A stretch of 64,000 bases of DNA from Trichinella spiralis (lineage: Eukaryota): NCBI RefSeq assembly GCF_000181795.1, contig NW_003526941.1, forward strand, positions 11,210,161-11,274,160, written 5' to 3'. The notes under the pieces were generated by a model that was not told the origin of the DNA, did not search any database, and saw nothing but the letters and a program-made list of their open reading frames with translations. This document shows positions 60,801 through 64,000 of the stretch, in pieces (position 1 is the stretch's first letter; each line of letters begins with the position of its first letter). The translations under genes and the position numbers were made by a program.

Positions 60801-61243
60801 TTTGGATTGCTTAAAATATAAACATCAGAAAAAATCATCACACCACAGTATATAGAGGAAATGTAATAAATTAAAGAGATGAATTTAAAAAATTTACTTT
60901 CTACAAGCGAACTGCTTCCACATGGACATGAATGTGTCGCTGACGTTTTTGTCCGTATCAAGTCCAAAGAACGTTTACTTGGTACGTTCCCCATCGTGCA
61001 ATTATTCTCGATTATTGACACGGATATGTTATACAATTTTTTATTGAAAATAAAATTCTGACTTTTCGGGAAACTATTAGATGATCATAATTCGAAAAAT
61101 GAATTCATATCGACCAGGAAAGTGTAATTTGAGGTAATCACGCACCGTTTGTGATCTAATTTAGAAATATATATATCACGTTTACCAACAATTCGCTCGG
61201 CATTCCATTCATTTTTCAGCCGTCGGTTTACTCGACATGACAA
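57887..61243 (-). CDS. Uncharacterised putative type I membrane glycoprotein; 5' structure unresolved, possibly a pseudogene
   Basis: Terminal exon 58111-57887 follows TTTCAG and encodes a TM helix (ATTGIFIILCAATLTCAGTLLYL), then HAIYKRNR and a short tail. A phase-0 donor ACA|GTAAGC at 60668 ends an upstream ORF with N-glycosylation sequons and is phase-compatible with this exon. The upstream frame contains stops. Confidence 0.4.
59795..60443 (+). CDS. Secreted cystatin-like protein (131 aa) lacking the inhibitory motifs
   Basis: Exons 59795-60052 and 60306-60443 (GCA|GTAAGT...TACAG|GAT, phase 0). Signal peptide, amphipathic helix, G..YYLSFDMIKSTC, then HC, KKQCVYIV and a terminal GACE. The four-Cys pattern resembles type 2 cystatins. 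Confidence 0.7.
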
Positions 61244-62404
61244 TTACTTTATGCACCCTTCAGTCATTATAATCATTATTGTTGTTTCATGCATGCTGAA
61301 AATATAAAATACTTTTGACGAAAAAATGTACTGAAGAACAATAATTAGTTGTTGAAATACTTTATTTAGGTGCTTTAGAAAAAAATTTTTGTGCTTCACT
61401 TGGAATTTCATTAAAACATTTTTTCTTTTTGATTTTTTAGGAAAATACACAGCAAAACAATAAATTTTAACGCATTATAGTAAACATACTCTGAGGTAAA
61501 AATTGAGAAAACCATCAAAACTGCACCAGAATTAAAACATCCATTTTACCACCTTGCATATATATATATATATGTATAGATATCAACTGTTAAGTTTCAA
61601 TTTTTGAAATGAAACATAAATTGACTAAAAATAAGGTTCTAGCAGTTCGCTGCCGGAAAACGTTTTAATAAGAGAAAAAACTATTCAAATAACAATGACG
61701 TTTTTATTGGCAGAAAATTTATTAAATGATTTTGAAAATGTCCTTTCATAAAAGTGAAACTTAACTACACAATAGCTGAAAATTATAGCACGTGCAATGC
61801 AGATTGCGTATAATAATTTTATACCTTTCTTGCTTTGCTAATAAATTTGCAACATGCCAGTCTGTAGTTGCTCATTGATACTGAACGACGTTACTTAATA
61901 CAGGACAGACGAATATAAGAGAAAAAATTTTTTCTCTTTGCCCACTGTTCTGCCATGATAAAAGCGACAATAAACGTTTATGAAATTTCTATAAATGAAT
62001 TAAATGACGATTAACGATCATCAACAGCTAACTGACAGTGATAGCAAAGTGAAAAGTGAAAATGATGAATTCAAAAGTGAAAAAAAAAGATTCAAAATTC
62101 TTAAAAGTATTATGTGAAAAAAGTGAGATTTGAGTTTTTATTTGCTGAATAAAAATTATCACTCAATAGAGAAATAATTTCAAAGAAGCCTGACACTACT
62201 TTACTACTATATCAATCAAAAGGCAAAGTTAAACACTACCCATTTAGTGTGAAGAATAAAATCATGTGAAAAAGTTTTGGTCAACTGAAAAACAATAGAA
62301 TACAGAACAATACAACAAAATGCAGTCAAATCCACTTCTGAAATATTTCTAAAAATTATAATTAAAACATCGTTACAGTAAAATACACAACGGTGGTTGC
62401 AGAA

Positions 62405-64000
62405 TTAGACAGAATAAAATTGCGTAGCCGCTGACGATTGCAATTCCACTTGTCCAATTTTGAAACTAATCTTTTTCAACCACGGTTTCAAATCTCTTTC
62501 AGATGAGCTGTGGATAGAATTTTCAAAAAAATCCAATCTTACCATCAAATGGCTTGGAATATTAGTGTGATAGGCGGACAAAATTGGATACCACATTGGA
62601 TAAAGCTGCAAAAATAAACATCAGTTCAGGGTCGGCTAGGCTAAATGGCACTCACAACACATACTTTAGTTAGTACAACAGAATCTGCCTCCAACAAACC
62701 TTCTACAGTGTTCAAAAAGTGCAAATTAACCATGTCCGCCAACTGAAATGATGCATATCATTATATTCCATCAAAAGCTGCATCAAATGTTTATTTCCAA
62801 AAAAGAAAAAACAAAAACAAACTTACCACTTTGGAATGTGATAAGAGTTGAAGAATAGCCGGTGTAATTCTTGACCAAAAATCCATCACGCTTGCCATTG
62901 CATCTTCTTTGACTGAATCATCCAACGCGTGCAACACTGCCTCTTCACAGTAGACGGTCCAAAGTTGACAAAGATGAAAAGCGTGGAACAATGCAGACAT
63001 ATTTAAAACTGATTGCTTAAAAAGTAGATACAAAAAATTAATTGAATGAAATAATTATTAAAATTGCATTGATTTACATTCGATAATTCGGCAAAACCTG
63101 CCAAAACAAATTGAATATAATCCGATATTCGATGTGAACATTCGATTGGCAGAGGCATGTTAAAGGACGAAGAGCAAGAGCTCAACGAGCCCAAAAGAAC
63201 CCAAGAAAGCAATCGCACTCTGCCAACGCAATCGACAAATTCATTTGCCCTTCAAACACAAATAATTTTAACCAACAAGTTGTGAGCTAATTTTTGAAAA
63301 AAAAAACAAAACATACCCCAATTGTGTTACTGTTGGAGGAGAAGAGAGCCAAGGCAAAAATCTATAGATGGATCTCGAATCTCGACTGACGCTACGGTAT
63401 ATTTCATGAGCGACATATTTGGCTAGTCCAATTTTCAACTCACCGCCGAGAGTGTCTTCACAAAGACCACCATTCTCCCTGGCGACCATCTGAAAAGAAT
63501 TTTTTAGATTAATTTCAATTTTTAAATTAAACCCAATGCACAATGCCTTCATTCGATTCAGAACATGATAATCTTGAAGAAATTCGATAAAATCTGGCAA
63601 AAATGGCCGAGCACAATCAGCGGCAGAAGTCGCAAACTGAAAATAATAATAAGAAGAAGAAGAAGAAAAAATAATAATATTTTTCAAATAACATTATAGG
63701 ACAATGTGAATTTTATCGAATAGCGTGAGAAATTTTGCTTCAAAAGGTATTTTTAAACTTTAAAGTTTAGTTGAACTTTAATGTGAAAACAAAAAAAAAT
63801 TCAATTACCATCATCCTGTCCAAACTGCAGTCGTCAGTTTCACCAAAATCATACAAAATTAGCTGAAAAAAAACAGAATAAAAATTAATTTTTTTTTCAT
63901 GAAATTCATCGTCGTTCAGAAGCTCACTTTGATGACCATCATGTAATTGACATCGTGCAGTGTGTGCTTGAATTTCAACGCTTGGCAAAATTCATTCAAA
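62405..64000 (-). CDS. unc-79: UNC-79 (NALCN/NCA channel-complex subunit), 3' part; the gene continues beyond the window
   Basis: Exons >64000-63928, 63862-63809, 63636-63547, 63489-63317, 63249-63078, 63015-62827, 62742-62665 and 62605-62405. Motifs matching the UNC79 C-terminus: EDTLGGELKIGLA, RFLPWL..PP, EFVDCV..VRLLSWVLLGSL, SVLNMSALFHAFHLCQLWTVYCE, DFWSRITPAILQLLSH, LYPMW. Confidence 0.95.

Overview
AT-rich, intron-rich eukaryotic genomic DNA. It is a nematode, since it carries nematode-type transthyretin-like genes, and the base composition and short (~55-100 nt) introns suggest a Trichinella-like clade I species (inference). I built spliced gene models by hand from the sequence. In order: a THIK-type two-pore K+ channel (+), an SK/KCNN Ca2+-activated K+ channel (+), a CAP/GLIPR2-like protein (+), a BTBD3/6-like BTB-BACK-PHR protein (-), glycogen debranching enzyme AGL (+, 23 exons), a tail-to-tail pair of transthyretin-like genes, and a synaptotagmin-15-like tandem-C2 protein (+). 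After a small N gap come a Gemin7-like gene (-), a poorly resolved single-pass membrane protein or pseudogene (-) whose apparent intron holds an antisense secreted cystatin-like gene (+), and the 3' end of unc-79 (-). I see no prokaryotic-type systems, CRISPR arrays, rRNA/tRNA genes or recognisable transposons, and no clearly new biological system. The best leads are the nested motif-less cystatin, the operon-like Gemin7 arrangement, two GC-AG introns, a degenerate CAP tetrad and two candidate alternative exons. Family assignments come from recalled motifs, not database searches.
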